A stretch of 20,000 nucleotides of DNA from an uncultured virus (IMG/VR IMGVR_UViG_2860819427_000001) (Duplodnaviria; Heunggongvirae; Uroviricota; Caudoviricetes): positions 51,236 to 71,235 of IMG/VR virus record IMGVR_UViG_2860819427_000001, one strand, 5' to 3'. The notes under the pieces were generated by a model that saw nothing but the letters and a program-made list of their open reading frames with translations, did no database searches and was not told the origin of the DNA. Positions 1 through 8,894 of the stretch are shown one piece after another; position 1 is the first letter of the stretch, and every line of letters starts with the position of its first letter. Position numbers and translations under genes: made by a program.

Positions 1-2
1 AG

Positions 3-152
3 CCGATCGGCCAACCTTCTAATAGTGGAGGAGAGACGGACGGAGGCGAAATCAAGACGTTAGAAGCGCAGCTAAGCGAAGCGAAGAAAGAAAAGAATTT
101 TTCGAAGGTTATCGAGCTTTCAAACAAATTGAAATCACTTTTGAAGAAGTAG
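3..152 (+). CDS. C-terminal part of probable capsid scaffolding protein (partial)
   Basis: Open frame PIGQPSNSGGETDGGEIKTLEAQLSEAKKEKNFSKVIELSNKLKSLLKK* ends at TAG 150-152, immediately before the capsid gene; charged helical tail. Confidence 0.7.
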   Translation, partial: PIGQPSNSGGETDGGEIKTLEAQLSEAKKEKNFSKVIELSNKLKSLLKK

Positions 153-163
153 GGGGAAAATAA

Positions 164-1267
164 ATGTTAACTAGTTACGATTTTAAAGATCAGGTACGAC
201 AGCTTGACGCAGGGATTGACCTTATTATTCAGGATGAACCGACTTTACTCGGTCTAATCGGCTTAAACGGAGAGGCGCTCTATCAGACTAAATTCGAGTG
301 GATGTCTGACCGACTGAACTCAAACCTCGCGACTGTTAAATCGGTAGCGGAAGACGGAAAAATTACTGTGGCGGAAGATGACGGAGAGAAGTTTCGTAAA
401 GATGCCATCATTGTTTTTGGCGAAGAGTATCTGAAAGTCACAAACGTGTCTGGCGATGTACTGACTGTTGTTCGCGGATTTGACGGAACAGTTCAAGAGG
501 AAATCAAAGCCGGTTCTGAGCTGCGTATTGTTTCCCGTCCGCAAAATGAAGGTGCGGGTGTCGGTATCGATGAGGGTCATGACCGTTATGTAGATTACAA
601 CTTCACGCAAATCATTGAAAGATACGCTGCCGTCTCGAATACTCAACAAGCAGTCCGTACACATAACGTATCGAACGAGCTTGATTATCAAGTACAATTA
701 CGTCTTAAAGAGATGGCGCGTGAATTTAACGACTGGTTGATCTACGGCCGTAGAATTGACGGCAAGCCTCGTATGACTGGCGGCTTACTGAACTTTGCGA
801 ACTTGAAAGGCGCTGCTAAGGCTAACCTAAAAGGAGCAGAGGTTCAAGCGAAAGATATTAATGCGTTAATGGAAAAAGTGTATCAGCGCGGCGGGTCAGC
901 AAATACAATCCTTACAAATACCGCGGGTGCTCGTCAGATCTCTAAAATGGCGACGGATACTATTCGAACAGAAAGAACGGACGCTGCTACAGGCCACCGC
1001 GTAAGTACCTTCGTTTCTGATATGGTAGGTGGCGGAGTTGCGACTGTAGTTGTGGACCCGAACTTCCCTAAAGACAAAATCGCACTCTTCGACCGTAGTA
1101 TTCTTTCTCTACATCCGCTGAACGGCCGTTCCGTCTACGATACTGATGCTAGCGTAAATGGTGCCGACTTTGTTGCGCGTCAGATCCGTGGTGAATACGG
1201 AATCAAGGTCAAAAACGCAAACGAAAAAATCGCTATCCTCGAAAATATCTCGACAACTGTATCTTAA
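164..1267 (+). CDS. Major capsid protein (SU10/DUF5309-like HK97 fold)
   Basis: 367 aa; motifs FEWMSD, NFTQII...VSNTQQAV and RMTGGLL; RBS AGGGGG; follows the scaffold gene and is followed by a terminator. Confidence 0.9.
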   Translation: MLTSYDFKDQVRQLDAGIDLIIQDEPTLLGLIGLNGEALYQTKFEWMSDRLNSNLATVKSVAEDGKITVAEDDGEKFRKDAIIVFGEEYLKVTNVSGDVLTVVRGFDGTVQEEIKAGSELRIVSRPQNEGAGVGIDEGHDRYVDYNFTQIIERYAAVSNTQQAVRTHNVSNELDYQVQLRLKEMAREFNDWLIYGRRIDGKPRMTGGLLNFANLKGAAKANLKGAEVQAKDINALMEKVYQRGGSANTILTNTAGARQISKMATDTIRTERTDAATGHRVSTFVSDMVGGGVATVVVDPNFPKDKIALFDRSILSLHPLNGRSVYDTDASVNGADFVARQIRGEYGIKVKNANEKIAILENISTTVS

Positions 1268-1275
1268 TGGCAATC

Positions 1276-1298
1276 GACGGGCTTCGGCCCGTCTTTTT
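1276..1298 (+). terminator. Intrinsic terminator after major capsid gene
   Basis: GACGGGC-TTCG-GCCCGTC-TTTTT (C(UUCG)G tetraloop). Confidence 0.85.
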
Positions 1299-1318
1299 AA
1301 TTTGAAAGGAGGCCAACA

Positions 1319-1555
1319 ATGGCAATTACAGATGACCAGAAACGGAGATTAAATGAATCTATGCCGGTCGCCAACGATCTAAAGCTCGGTGACATCATTC
1401 AGGAATTACAAGAAAGCGGTGGGACTGCCGGCCCTAAAGGCGATCCCGGTCCGAAAGGCGACCCCGGGCCAAAAGGAGCGGACGGATTCGGAACCAAAGC
1501 GCAGTATGACGACATCATCGCGCGGCTTAAAGCGTTAGAGGGAGCTGGCTCGTAA
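1319..1555 (+). CDS. Collagen-like capsid decoration/head fibre protein (SPP1 gp12-like C-terminal half)
   Basis: GPKGDPGPKGDPGPKGADGFGTKAQYDDIIARLKALE: G-X-Y repeats plus a trimeric coiled coil; RBS AAAGGAGG. Confidence 0.8.
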   Translation: MAITDDQKRRLNESMPVANDLKLGDIIQELQESGGTAGPKGDPGPKGDPGPKGADGFGTKAQYDDIIARLKALEGAGS

Positions 1556-1557
1556 TA

Positions 1558-1776
1558 ATGGCCGTCTATAAGGCTTCTCCGTTTTATTCCGTAGGCACTG
1601 ACCAGACGATCGTTTTCGACCACAAAGGCGTTTATGAAACCGATGTGCAGGCCGAAATCAAGCAGTTGAATGCATTATGTCCGCGATGGATTAGCTGTAT
1701 TGCGTCAGACGATGAGACGGAAAAGGCGGAGGCAAAGGCGCCGAAAAAGCCTGCACGTAAGTCCTCCGGAAAATAA
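1558..1776 (+). CDS. Small phage head-region hypothetical protein
   Basis: 72 aa ORF abutting the upstream gene; Lys/Ala-rich tail typical of small proteins after the capsid gene. Confidence 0.7.
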   Translation: MAVYKASPFYSVGTDQTIVFDHKGVYETDVQAEIKQLNALCPRWISCIASDDETEKAEAKAPKKPARKSSGK

Positions 1777-1790
1777 GGAGGGTTGCGTGC

Positions 1791-2177
1791 ATGGCTTTAA
1801 GCGTAGAAGCTGCAAACGAATATATTAACCGAATGACAATCGATAACGAGGATTGGAACGACTATGACAACGCGAAGCAGCAGCGGGTACTAAACGTAGC
1901 CGAGGACGTCTTGGCTCGAAAATTTCGTAAGTACGTCATTCCTGACGACGCAGTTTACGAGTTTACGAATGTGCTTGCAACTGCCTATAACGATACGAAC
2001 CGCCTGAATAAGCACGGCATCGCGTCTTACTCAATCACCGGCGTCGGGTCGTTTACGTATAAGGAAACGCTTCGAGCTGACGATGAGTCTCTCATACCGA
2101 AAAAGACGATCGACCTGATCGAAGAAGCAAACGACGTGAAACTTAGCGGTCGGACCGTAAAAGCGACGGTGATGTAA
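1791..2177 (+). CDS. Head-tail adaptor/connector protein (SPP1 gp15-like position)
   Basis: 128 aa, RBS AAGGAGG, motif SVEAANEY...W...GIASYSI, synteny. Confidence 0.7.
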   Translation: MALSVEAANEYINRMTIDNEDWNDYDNAKQQRVLNVAEDVLARKFRKYVIPDDAVYEFTNVLATAYNDTNRLNKHGIASYSITGVGSFTYKETLRADDESLIPKKTIDLIEEANDVKLSGRTVKATVM

Positions 2178-2513
2178 TTGGCGATCATACCGATGCGTCA
2201 GACCGTAACCGTTACTCGTGCTTCAGATGATATAGACGTGTGGGGAAACCCCGTGGACGTCGAGCCGTTCGAAATTAAGTGCCGAATCGACGAAGGATCT
2301 ACTATTGCGAATTCACGTTCTTCCGGTGTTGTGAAGAGCGAGGAAGTCGTGGCTACGGCGCGCATCTTAGTCGATAAATTAGCCGACATCAGGTATACGG
2401 ATACACTCGCATTCACGAACGAGTTGGGCGAAACCATTGAGCGTAAGCCGAAGGAAATAAACGTGAAGCGGCATGTCAGCGGTAAGCCGATTCTGACCGA
2501 GGTAATCGTATGA
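2178..2513 (+). CDS. Head closure/stopper protein (gp16-like position)
   Basis: 111 aa beta-rich protein, MRQTVTV...DVWGNP motif, synteny; start could be TTG 2178 or the ATG five codons later. Confidence 0.65.
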   Translation: MAIIPMRQTVTVTRASDDIDVWGNPVDVEPFEIKCRIDEGSTIANSRSSGVVKSEEVVATARILVDKLADIRYTDTLAFTNELGETIERKPKEINVKRHVSGKPILTEVIV

Positions 2514-2917
2514 GTTTTACGTTGGATGCTGGCAATTTTCTATCGTTGTTGGATAACCGAGAGGCAGCCGTTGAGCAGGCAGCAAAGACAGCGATGCATG
2601 ATAACACGGATGACCTCGCTAGACTTGCGCAAAATATCGCCCCGATTGATAAAGCCACGCTCCGTCGCGGCATGAAAAAGAAGGTTACGTTAAAGCGTGA
2701 TAGTCTGATCGGTGAAGTATCGTTCCGGGCCGTTGATAAAGGCTTTAACTATGCGCTATGGACGCACGAAGCGGATTACAACCTCGGACCAGTTTCGGCA
2801 GGTGCAGGAGGCATTAACGGCTATCCGGTCGGTAACAAATATCTGGAACGTCCACTGAAAGGTGAATCGCAGAAATATATTAATCACGTAGCAGACGCGG
2901 TGAGAAGGGAGTTGTGA
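2510..2917 (+). CDS. HK97 gp10-like tail completion protein
   Basis: Motifs APIDKATLRR, NYALWTHE and KYLERPL. Confidence 0.75.
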   Translation: MSFTLDAGNFLSLLDNREAAVEQAAKTAMHDNTDDLARLAQNIAPIDKATLRRGMKKKVTLKRDSLIGEVSFRAVDKGFNYALWTHEADYNLGPVSAGAGGINGYPVGNKYLERPLKGESQKYINHVADAVRREL

Positions 2918-2923
2918 TAATCG

Positions 2924-3313
2924 TTGAAGATAACCGAATTAATCTCGTTCATACAATCGCGGGTTGACGGCGTTTATTACGCAAACGGATTCCCGCGGAA
3001 TGCTGCAGACGAATGTACTTATGTGCGATTTACAGGCGGATTTCCTCCGTCTCAATGGACCGGAAAGAGTCAGCCGTCGTTTCAAATAATCGTACGAGGA
3101 AAGGCAAGGGGCGACGCGGATTGCGAAGAGAAAGCGTATCAGCTTCAGGAAGCGTTAACGAATCTCCGTGAAGTGTTTATCGGTAATAGCTCAATCGTTG
3201 TTATCCGCGCGGCCAATTCGGTGCCGTTATTTATCGGATACGACGACAATGATCGTCCCCAATACTCGTTAAATTTCGATTGTGTAGTGCGCCCCGACCG
3301 GGCGCTTTTTTAA
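2924..3313 (+). CDS. Tail terminator protein (minor capsid_3-like)
   Basis: Motifs QPSFQIIVRG and IGYDDNDRPQYSLNF; directly upstream of the major tail gene. Confidence 0.75.
   Translation: MKITELISFIQSRVDGVYYANGFPRNAADECTYVRFTGGFPPSQWTGKSQPSFQIIVRGKARGDADCEEKAYQLQEALTNLREVFIGNSSIVVIRAANSVPLFIGYDDNDRPQYSLNFDCVVRPDRALF
3289..3311 (+). terminator. Terminator-like hairpin before the major tail gene
   Basis: GCGCCC-CGACC-GGGCGC-TTTTTT overlapping the end of the upstream CDS. Confidence 0.6.
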
Positions 3314-3337
3314 TGTAAAAATAAAGGAGGAAAACGG

Positions 3338-3892
3338 ATGGCTGGAATTAAAACGATTCAAGTTCCTATCGGCCCCGCAATTGTCGAATACGGCGAGGGT
3401 AAGGATATGGTGACGTTTGACATCACGAAGGGCGGCATCGTTTTTAAGGCGCAGATGTCTAAGCAGGATACAACGGTCGACCAATACGGTGACTCGATCG
3501 TAGGCTCACGGACAAAGGGTGGAACTTGCGAATGTACCGTACCGTTTGCGATCTATGATTTAGAAAAGATTCATAAGGCGGTGCCAAACAGTAAGTACGT
3601 GTCTGACGGAGACAAAAAGAAGCTAGTAGTCAGCGGCAAAGCCGGATATGACTTACTGAAGGATGCGAAGCCTTTACGAATTAAGCCGACAGATCCGGAA
3701 GCGACGGCCAACGATTGGCTCACGATTCCATTAGCTGGTGCGTCGACTGACATCGAATATACGTATGATTCCGATAATGAGAGGATCGCTAACCTAACGT
3801 TTACCGGTTATCCGGACACGATGGGAGACGGCGATCTTTTTATTATGGGCGACGAAACGGCCGGGACCTCTTCCGGAACCGGTAGCGAATAA
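3338..3892 (+). CDS. Major tail (tube) protein
   Basis: 184 aa, strong RBS AAAGGAGG, beta-rich, position before the chaperone and tape measure, followed by a terminator. Confidence 0.85.
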   Translation: MAGIKTIQVPIGPAIVEYGEGKDMVTFDITKGGIVFKAQMSKQDTTVDQYGDSIVGSRTKGGTCECTVPFAIYDLEKIHKAVPNSKYVSDGDKKKLVVSGKAGYDLLKDAKPLRIKPTDPEATANDWLTIPLAGASTDIEYTYDSDNERIANLTFTGYPDTMGDGDLFIMGDETAGTSSGTGSE

Positions 3893-3898
3893 CAAACG

Positions 3899-3928
3899 AA
3901 AGGCATCGTCGAGGGGCGGTGTCTTTTT
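3899..3928 (+). terminator. Intrinsic terminator after major tail gene
   Basis: AAAGGCATCGTC-GAGG-GGCGGTGTCTTT-TT. Confidence 0.75.
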
Positions 3929-3949
3929 AATTAACGAAAGGAGAGTCGC

Positions 3950-4321
3950 ATGAACATTTTCAAAAAGAAACAGGAGGCAGATTCGATCCAGCTCGGTAAG
4001 TATCCGGTCGAGGTCGCGAAGCTCACTCCGGCCAAGTGGAAACAGCTTTTCGCAGCGCTCGATAAAATTCCGTTTCTCGTTCTGGAGGTCTTCAGCGCGC
4101 CTAAAACGGATTTCTACTCGTATTTAGTGAGCGCGGTTGAGGTCGGCATGGATGAGATCGTCGAGATTACGGCATTATTGAGCGGCGTAGATGCCGAGTA
4201 CATCCGTGAAGAAGTCGGTACGGACGAAATTATCGAGTACATCACGCTCACTGTCAAAAGGAACCGTCTTGACTCGCAAGCAAAAAACGTGAAGAGCCTT
4301 CTTCCGAAACTCGAAAAGTAG
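3950..4321 (+). CDS. Tail assembly chaperone (lambda gpG analogue)
   Basis: 123 aa between the major tail and tape measure genes; RBS AAAGGAG; slippery site near the 3' end. Confidence 0.8.
   Translation: MNIFKKKQEADSIQLGKYPVEVAKLTPAKWKQLFAALDKIPFLVLEVFSAPKTDFYSYLVSAVEVGMDEIVEITALLSGVDAEYIREEVGTDEIIEYITLTVKRNRLDSQAKNVKSLLPKLEK
4282..4288 (+). promoter_or_regulatory. Programmed -1 ribosomal frameshift slippery heptamer A AAA AAC
   Basis: X XXY YYZ pattern in the chaperone frame (GCA AAA AAC), followed by the small hairpin GAAGA-GCCT-TCTTC at 4291-4304. Confidence 0.8.
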
Positions 4322-4653
4322 ACGAAGAGGGCGATCCGTATACGATTGACGACTATCTAATCGAAGCGGCTATCAGTTTGGGCGTCACGCAGCATCAGAT
4401 AGAAAACGAGTTTTATATGGTGGATATACCGAAATTTGTGCGCGCCAAGACGAAACAAGGCGCGGTAAGGCGGATAGAAGACATTCGCGTACTTCTTGCG
4501 ACGAATAGTCGGGCAAGTGAGGACGATGAGTATAAACAGCTCATGAATTCGTTAATTCGGGCGGCAGGACTTCGGCCTGAAGTGAAATTCGACCGTGAGA
4601 AATTCGAACAATTACGGGCTTTACAGGGGAATTTTCGGAAAGGAGGTAAATAG
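4282..4653 (+). CDS. Tail assembly chaperone frameshift extension (gpT analogue; G-T fusion of about 234 aa)
   Basis: The -1 frame is open from 4282 (KKREEPSSETRKVDEEGDPYTIDDYLIEAAISLGVTQHQ...) to the stop at 4653; no obvious RBS at TTG 4378. Confidence 0.8.
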   Translation, partial: KKREEPSSETRKVDEEGDPYTIDDYLIEAAISLGVTQHQIENEFYMVDIPKFVRAKTKQGAVRRIEDIRVLLATNSRASEDDEYKQLMNSLIRAAGLRPEVKFDREKFEQLRALQGNFRKGGK

Positions 4654-7452
4654 ATGGCCGGAACAACAGTCGGAGAAATCCGGGCGCGGCTCGTATTAGA
4701 CATGGCGGACTGGTCCCGTCGATCTCAGCAAGCTCGAAACGATATGGATCAAATGGGCCGTTCATCTGCGAATCTCTCGAAGCAAATGGGCCTCATCCAA
4801 AAGGCTTCACTTGCGGTCGGAGGCGCAGTCGTAGCCGGCATCGGTGTTTCCGTTAAGAAAGCGGCTGACTTCGAGGAGGCCATGTCGCGAGTTAAAGCGA
4901 TCAGCGGCGCAACCGGTCAGGACTTCGAAGATCTGAAGAATATCGCGGCTAAGATGGGCGCCGAAACAAAATACACCGCAGTCGAGGCGGCCGAGGGTCT
5001 TCAATACCTTGCGATGGCGGGCTTCAGCGTAAAAGCGCAAGTCGGATCGTTGCCGGCCGTGCTTAACTTGGCGGCAGCTTCAGGCGAAGGGCTCGGACGT
5101 TCAGCGGATATCGTTTCGAACATCATGACCGGCTTCGGCATTAAAGCGGAAGACTCCGGGCACGCCGTAGACGTACTTGTGAAAGCGATGACGACGGCCA
5201 ATACGGATCTACCGCAATTAGGCGATGCAATGAAATTCGTCGCCCCTGTCGCGCACTCTCTCGGTTACTCCATCGAAGATACTGCGACGGCCGTTGCGAA
5301 AATGTCAGACGCCGGTATTCAGGGATCGATGGCGGGTACGGCGCTTCGTGCGTCACTCTTGCACCTTACGAATCCGGTAGGGCAGTCGGCAAAGGCGATG
5401 AAAAAGTACGGCATCGAAGTAAAGGACGCGCACGGAAATCTAAAGCCGATACCGGAACTCGTCGGCCATATTTCGAAGCAATTCGAAGGGATGACGTCGG
5501 CGCAGAAAACGGCAGCGGCGGCACAGCTCGTTGGAGTTGAAGCGGCTTCCGGATTCGTTACGCTTTTGGGCGTCGGAGAAAAGGGACTGCGCAACTATTC
5601 GAAGACGCTGAAGGAAGCCGGCGGGACTGCGGACAAAGTAGCAAAAACGCAGATGGATAACCTCAAAGGGTCATTCGAACAGTTTACGTCTGCGCTTGAC
5701 GGCCTCGGAATTGCGCTCGGTAACGAGTTTTTACCTACTTTCCGAAAAATTGTCGATACCGGTACGAAAGTGGTCGAGTTCCTTAGCGAACTGAATCCGG
5801 GAATCATTACGACGGGCCTCGAAATGGCGGGCGCGGCGGCAGCGGTGGCGCTGGTAGCATCGTCCATGGTGAAACTCGGAATCGCAGTACGCGGTTTGTT
5901 CGTTGCGATGGGGCCGGCCGGATGGGTGATCACCGGGCTCTCTTTATTAGCGGGGGCTCTCGTCGGGGTAAAAGCGGGGTACGATCAGATGAACACCGTT
6001 AGTTTAGAGGCGGCCGAGTCGAAGCAGAAGGAAATTGATTCTATCAACAGCTTAACGAAAGAGTTCGATAAACTTCAAAATAAAACGAAGCTGACTGCCG
6101 ATGAATTCGTTTACTATCTCGATTTGAATGATCGAATTAAAACGGAGACGGATGCCAATTCCATTAAACGGATGAAGGAAGAACAGGAAGAGTTGCGAAA
6201 AAAATCAGGTCTTACAAATGAGGAATTTAATCGCTACTTAGATTTAAACGATAAGGTTATCGCAAAAGCTCCGGACACTGCGGCCGCAATCAGCGAGCAA
6301 GGCAATGCCGCAGCAAAGAACACAGACGCATTAAAGCGTCTTAACAAAGAAAAAGCCGAGGAACTTCGGCTGGAGCTGGAAACCCAAAGGGCTAAAGCTG
6401 AGGCCAATATGTCTAAATATATAGCCGAAGAAGCGCGATTAAAAGAAAAAGTTAATGCGTTGACGAGAGAGCGATCCGATTTAGAGCAGCAGGTATCTGA
6501 TCAATTACAAGTTGTGGCAGCTAAAGAGAGCGAATTGGCGGCAGCTAAAGAGGCTAAAGATACAGCACGGGTGGCAATAGCTGAAAATGAGCTCAACTTA
6601 GAGCAAACAAAGTTGCAGAGATTACGAGAACAGTTTTCTACAAATATGGAAAACCTGAGCTCCAAGAATCAAGAGCTCCAAAAGACCCGTGAGAATATCA
6701 ATCAGCTAGATGTCGTTAATCAGAAAATGATCGACCTTGAGCTCCGTCAAGTTGGATTAAACGCCAAAAAGGGCGAAGGCGTGAGAGTGATCGATAAGGA
6801 GATTGGACGCTTACAAGATGCGAAGGCGAACCTTAAAAATGTTACGAATGTTGCTGATCGTAAAACGGATGAGTACCGGAAGTCTGTTAAAGCGATTGAC
6901 GACGAGATCGCAAACCTTCGTACCGCAAGGGGGCGGGTCGCGGATATTACGTCAGAAGCCCAAAGAATGAACGCTGCTCTAAGTAAGGACATCACGAAAC
7001 GCATCACGACAATTACATCGGATGTTTCTATGAAGACGGAGCGTGCCGTAAGTCGCGGAAAAGGGAACGAAGGTACTTACCACACTGGCGGCGTCATCGG
7101 CCTCGGGCAGATCAATAAACTTCATATCGGCGGCCTTGCGTCTCAATTCGCTAATCCGATGAGCCACGAAGTCGATATACGGGCCCTGCGTAACGAAATG
7201 GTGCTTACTGAAGCGCAACAGGCGAATCTTATGCGAATGATAGACGCAGGACATACGGCGGGACTCGGAGGAGATTCTGGCTTATCATCGGATATGCTGC
7301 GCGCGCTCGGATCGATTGAGCAGGCGATTAAGACGAAGGGTGGCGCTTCCATAATCGTAGATGGATACGAACTCGGCCACGTAATTGAGCCGCATATCAG
7401 CGCGATCCAACAAGACGGCCTTGATATAGAAAGTCTAAGGAGCGGGAGGTGA
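4654..7452 (+). CDS. Tail tape measure protein (TP901-family core)
   Basis: 932 aa; motifs FEEAMSRVKAISGAT, TKYTAVEAAEG and GIQGSMAGTALR; hydrophobic segments and long coiled coil. Confidence 0.95.
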   Translation: MAGTTVGEIRARLVLDMADWSRRSQQARNDMDQMGRSSANLSKQMGLIQKASLAVGGAVVAGIGVSVKKAADFEEAMSRVKAISGATGQDFEDLKNIAAKMGAETKYTAVEAAEGLQYLAMAGFSVKAQVGSLPAVLNLAAASGEGLGRSADIVSNIMTGFGIKAEDSGHAVDVLVKAMTTANTDLPQLGDAMKFVAPVAHSLGYSIEDTATAVAKMSDAGIQGSMAGTALRASLLHLTNPVGQSAKAMKKYGIEVKDAHGNLKPIPELVGHISKQFEGMTSAQKTAAAAQLVGVEAASGFVTLLGVGEKGLRNYSKTLKEAGGTADKVAKTQMDNLKGSFEQFTSALDGLGIALGNEFLPTFRKIVDTGTKVVEFLSELNPGIITTGLEMAGAAAAVALVASSMVKLGIAVRGLFVAMGPAGWVITGLSLLAGALVGVKAGYDQMNTVSLEAAESKQKEIDSINSLTKEFDKLQNKTKLTADEFVYYLDLNDRIKTETDANSIKRMKEEQEELRKKSGLTNEEFNRYLDLNDKVIAKAPDTAAAISEQGNAAAKNTDALKRLNKEKAEELRLELETQRAKAEANMSKYIAEEARLKEKVNALTRERSDLEQQVSDQLQVVAAKESELAAAKEAKDTARVAIAENELNLEQTKLQRLREQFSTNMENLSSKNQELQKTRENINQLDVVNQKMIDLELRQVGLNAKKGEGVRVIDKEIGRLQDAKANLKNVTNVADRKTDEYRKSVKAIDDEIANLRTARGRVADITSEAQRMNAALSKDITKRITTITSDVSMKTERAVSRGKGNEGTYHTGGVIGLGQINKLHIGGLASQFANPMSHEVDIRALRNEMVLTEAQQANLMRMIDAGHTAGLGGDSGLSSDMLRALGSIEQAIKTKGGASIIVDGYELGHVIEPHISAIQQDGLDIESLRSGR

Positions 7453-7458
7453 TTTCGA

Positions 7459-8883
7459 ATGGGAAATACGGACTTCATTAAGAAAATCGCTCCGGATGCG
7501 CAGAAGATATTTGTAAATTATAAAATTCTCGCCAGCCTTGTAATCGCACAGGGATGTCTCGAAAGTGCATACGGAACCAGTGGTCTTGCCGTTAATGGAA
7601 AGAACCTTTTCGGAGTCAAGGGCGAATATAACGGAAAATACGTCATCATGAAAACGTGGGAAGTGATCAACGGAAGGAACGTTCAGGTTGACGCCAAGTT
7701 CCGAAAGTACCCGACGTGGTATGAGTCGATGCAAGACCTTGCGAAGCTTTACGTAAATGGCGTCAGTTGGGACCCGAATCACTACAAGGCAGTCGTAGGC
7801 GAGAAGAATTACAAAAAAGCGACGGCTGCGCTAGTAGATGCTGGATACGCAACGGACCCGTCTTACGCGTCAAAGCTTAACAGAATTATTGAAACGTATA
7901 ATCTGACGAAGTATGACACCGCCCCGTCTCCATCGAATCCGTCGACTCCTTCTACGCCGGAGACAAACAACCCGGCTCCGGTTGTCGTTGAAGAGCCGGA
8001 GATATCTATCGACGTTTTTTCGAGTGTCTATACAACGCCTCCATCAGGCGTCCCTATTACGGATAGCAACTTCCGGATACTTTACAAGGACGGACGCATA
8101 ATCGATATGGCTCGCGATTTATCGGTCCTTGTGCGAAGTTTCAAGATTGCTTCGCCCACTCCCGACATTGATTACGAAACGGTTCCGGGAAGGGACGGCG
8201 TAGTTCGAGTAGGAAAAAAATTCGGAGCCAGAACGCTTACTGCCGAATGTATCTTGCTCGGAGCCGATGACGTTGATTTTCATTTGCTACAAGCGGAACT
8301 CTTTCACGCGCTTCATCGCGAGGAGGAGTTCTTTTTAGTTTCGGAAGCGACGCCGAAAAAACGGTGGCGGGTCGAGCTAAGCGCATCATTCACGCCTGAC
8401 AGAATTGGCAGCTTCGGCGACTTTACGCTGACTTTCCAAAGTGCCTCGACTTATTGCGAATCAGTCGGCACAACGTTGGATGCATTTACTTTTGATGCGA
8501 ACAAATGGCAGATAGGCGAAGGGCTGACGGACGATATCCCTTCGTACAAACACAAGACGAAGACTTTTCGTATTTTCAATGCGGGAGCCGTCCGGCTAGA
8601 TCCGAGATACATGCCTTTAAAGATTACGTATAAAGGTGCGTCTAACAAGCTGGCGATTAAGAATAGAACGACGGGCGATCTGTGGACGTTTTCCGGCACA
8701 TCTGCCGCGAAGGAAGCGATTCAAATTTCTGGGGTTACTGCGAAAAAGGGGAACGTTAGCATCTTCGGGCAGACAAATTTCGGACTCATTACGTTAGAGC
8801 CCGGGTGGAACGACTTTGAGTTAAGCGGAACGAGCGGGGATTTTGAGGTCGCGTTTGATTTCAGATTCCACTATTACGCGTAG
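7459..8883 (+). CDS. Distal tail protein (Dit, Sipho_tail) with N-terminal GH73 glucosaminidase domain
   Basis: N-terminal AQGCLESAYG, NLFGVKG, FRKYPTW and GYATDPSY (FlgJ/LytG-like); Pro/Ser/Thr linker; C-terminal Dit-like VPGRDG...ITLEPGWNDFE...FRFHY. Confidence 0.85.
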   Translation: MGNTDFIKKIAPDAQKIFVNYKILASLVIAQGCLESAYGTSGLAVNGKNLFGVKGEYNGKYVIMKTWEVINGRNVQVDAKFRKYPTWYESMQDLAKLYVNGVSWDPNHYKAVVGEKNYKKATAALVDAGYATDPSYASKLNRIIETYNLTKYDTAPSPSNPSTPSTPETNNPAPVVVEEPEISIDVFSSVYTTPPSGVPITDSNFRILYKDGRIIDMARDLSVLVRSFKIASPTPDIDYETVPGRDGVVRVGKKFGARTLTAECILLGADDVDFHLLQAELFHALHREEEFFLVSEATPKKRWRVELSASFTPDRIGSFGDFTLTFQSASTYCESVGTTLDAFTFDANKWQIGEGLTDDIPSYKHKTKTFRIFNAGAVRLDPRYMPLKITYKGASNKLAIKNRTTGDLWTFSGTSAAKEAIQISGVTAKKGNVSIFGQTNFGLITLEPGWNDFELSGTSGDFEVAFDFRFHYYA

Positions 8884-8894
8884 GGAGGTGCGCC

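Noticed and set aside
1265..1319. Stop read-through or frameshift fusing the capsid protein to the in-frame collagen protein
   Set aside because: There is a second in-frame TAA at 1298-1300, a terminator in between, and the collagen gene has its own strong RBS
3860..3950. SPP1 gp17.1-like frameshift extension of the major tail protein
   Set aside because: No CCC-TAA-type site and no extension ORF; a terminator follows immediately
4378..4653. Independent 91-aa gene starting at TTG
   Set aside because: No RBS; the frame is open back to the slippery site, so a frameshift extension explains it better
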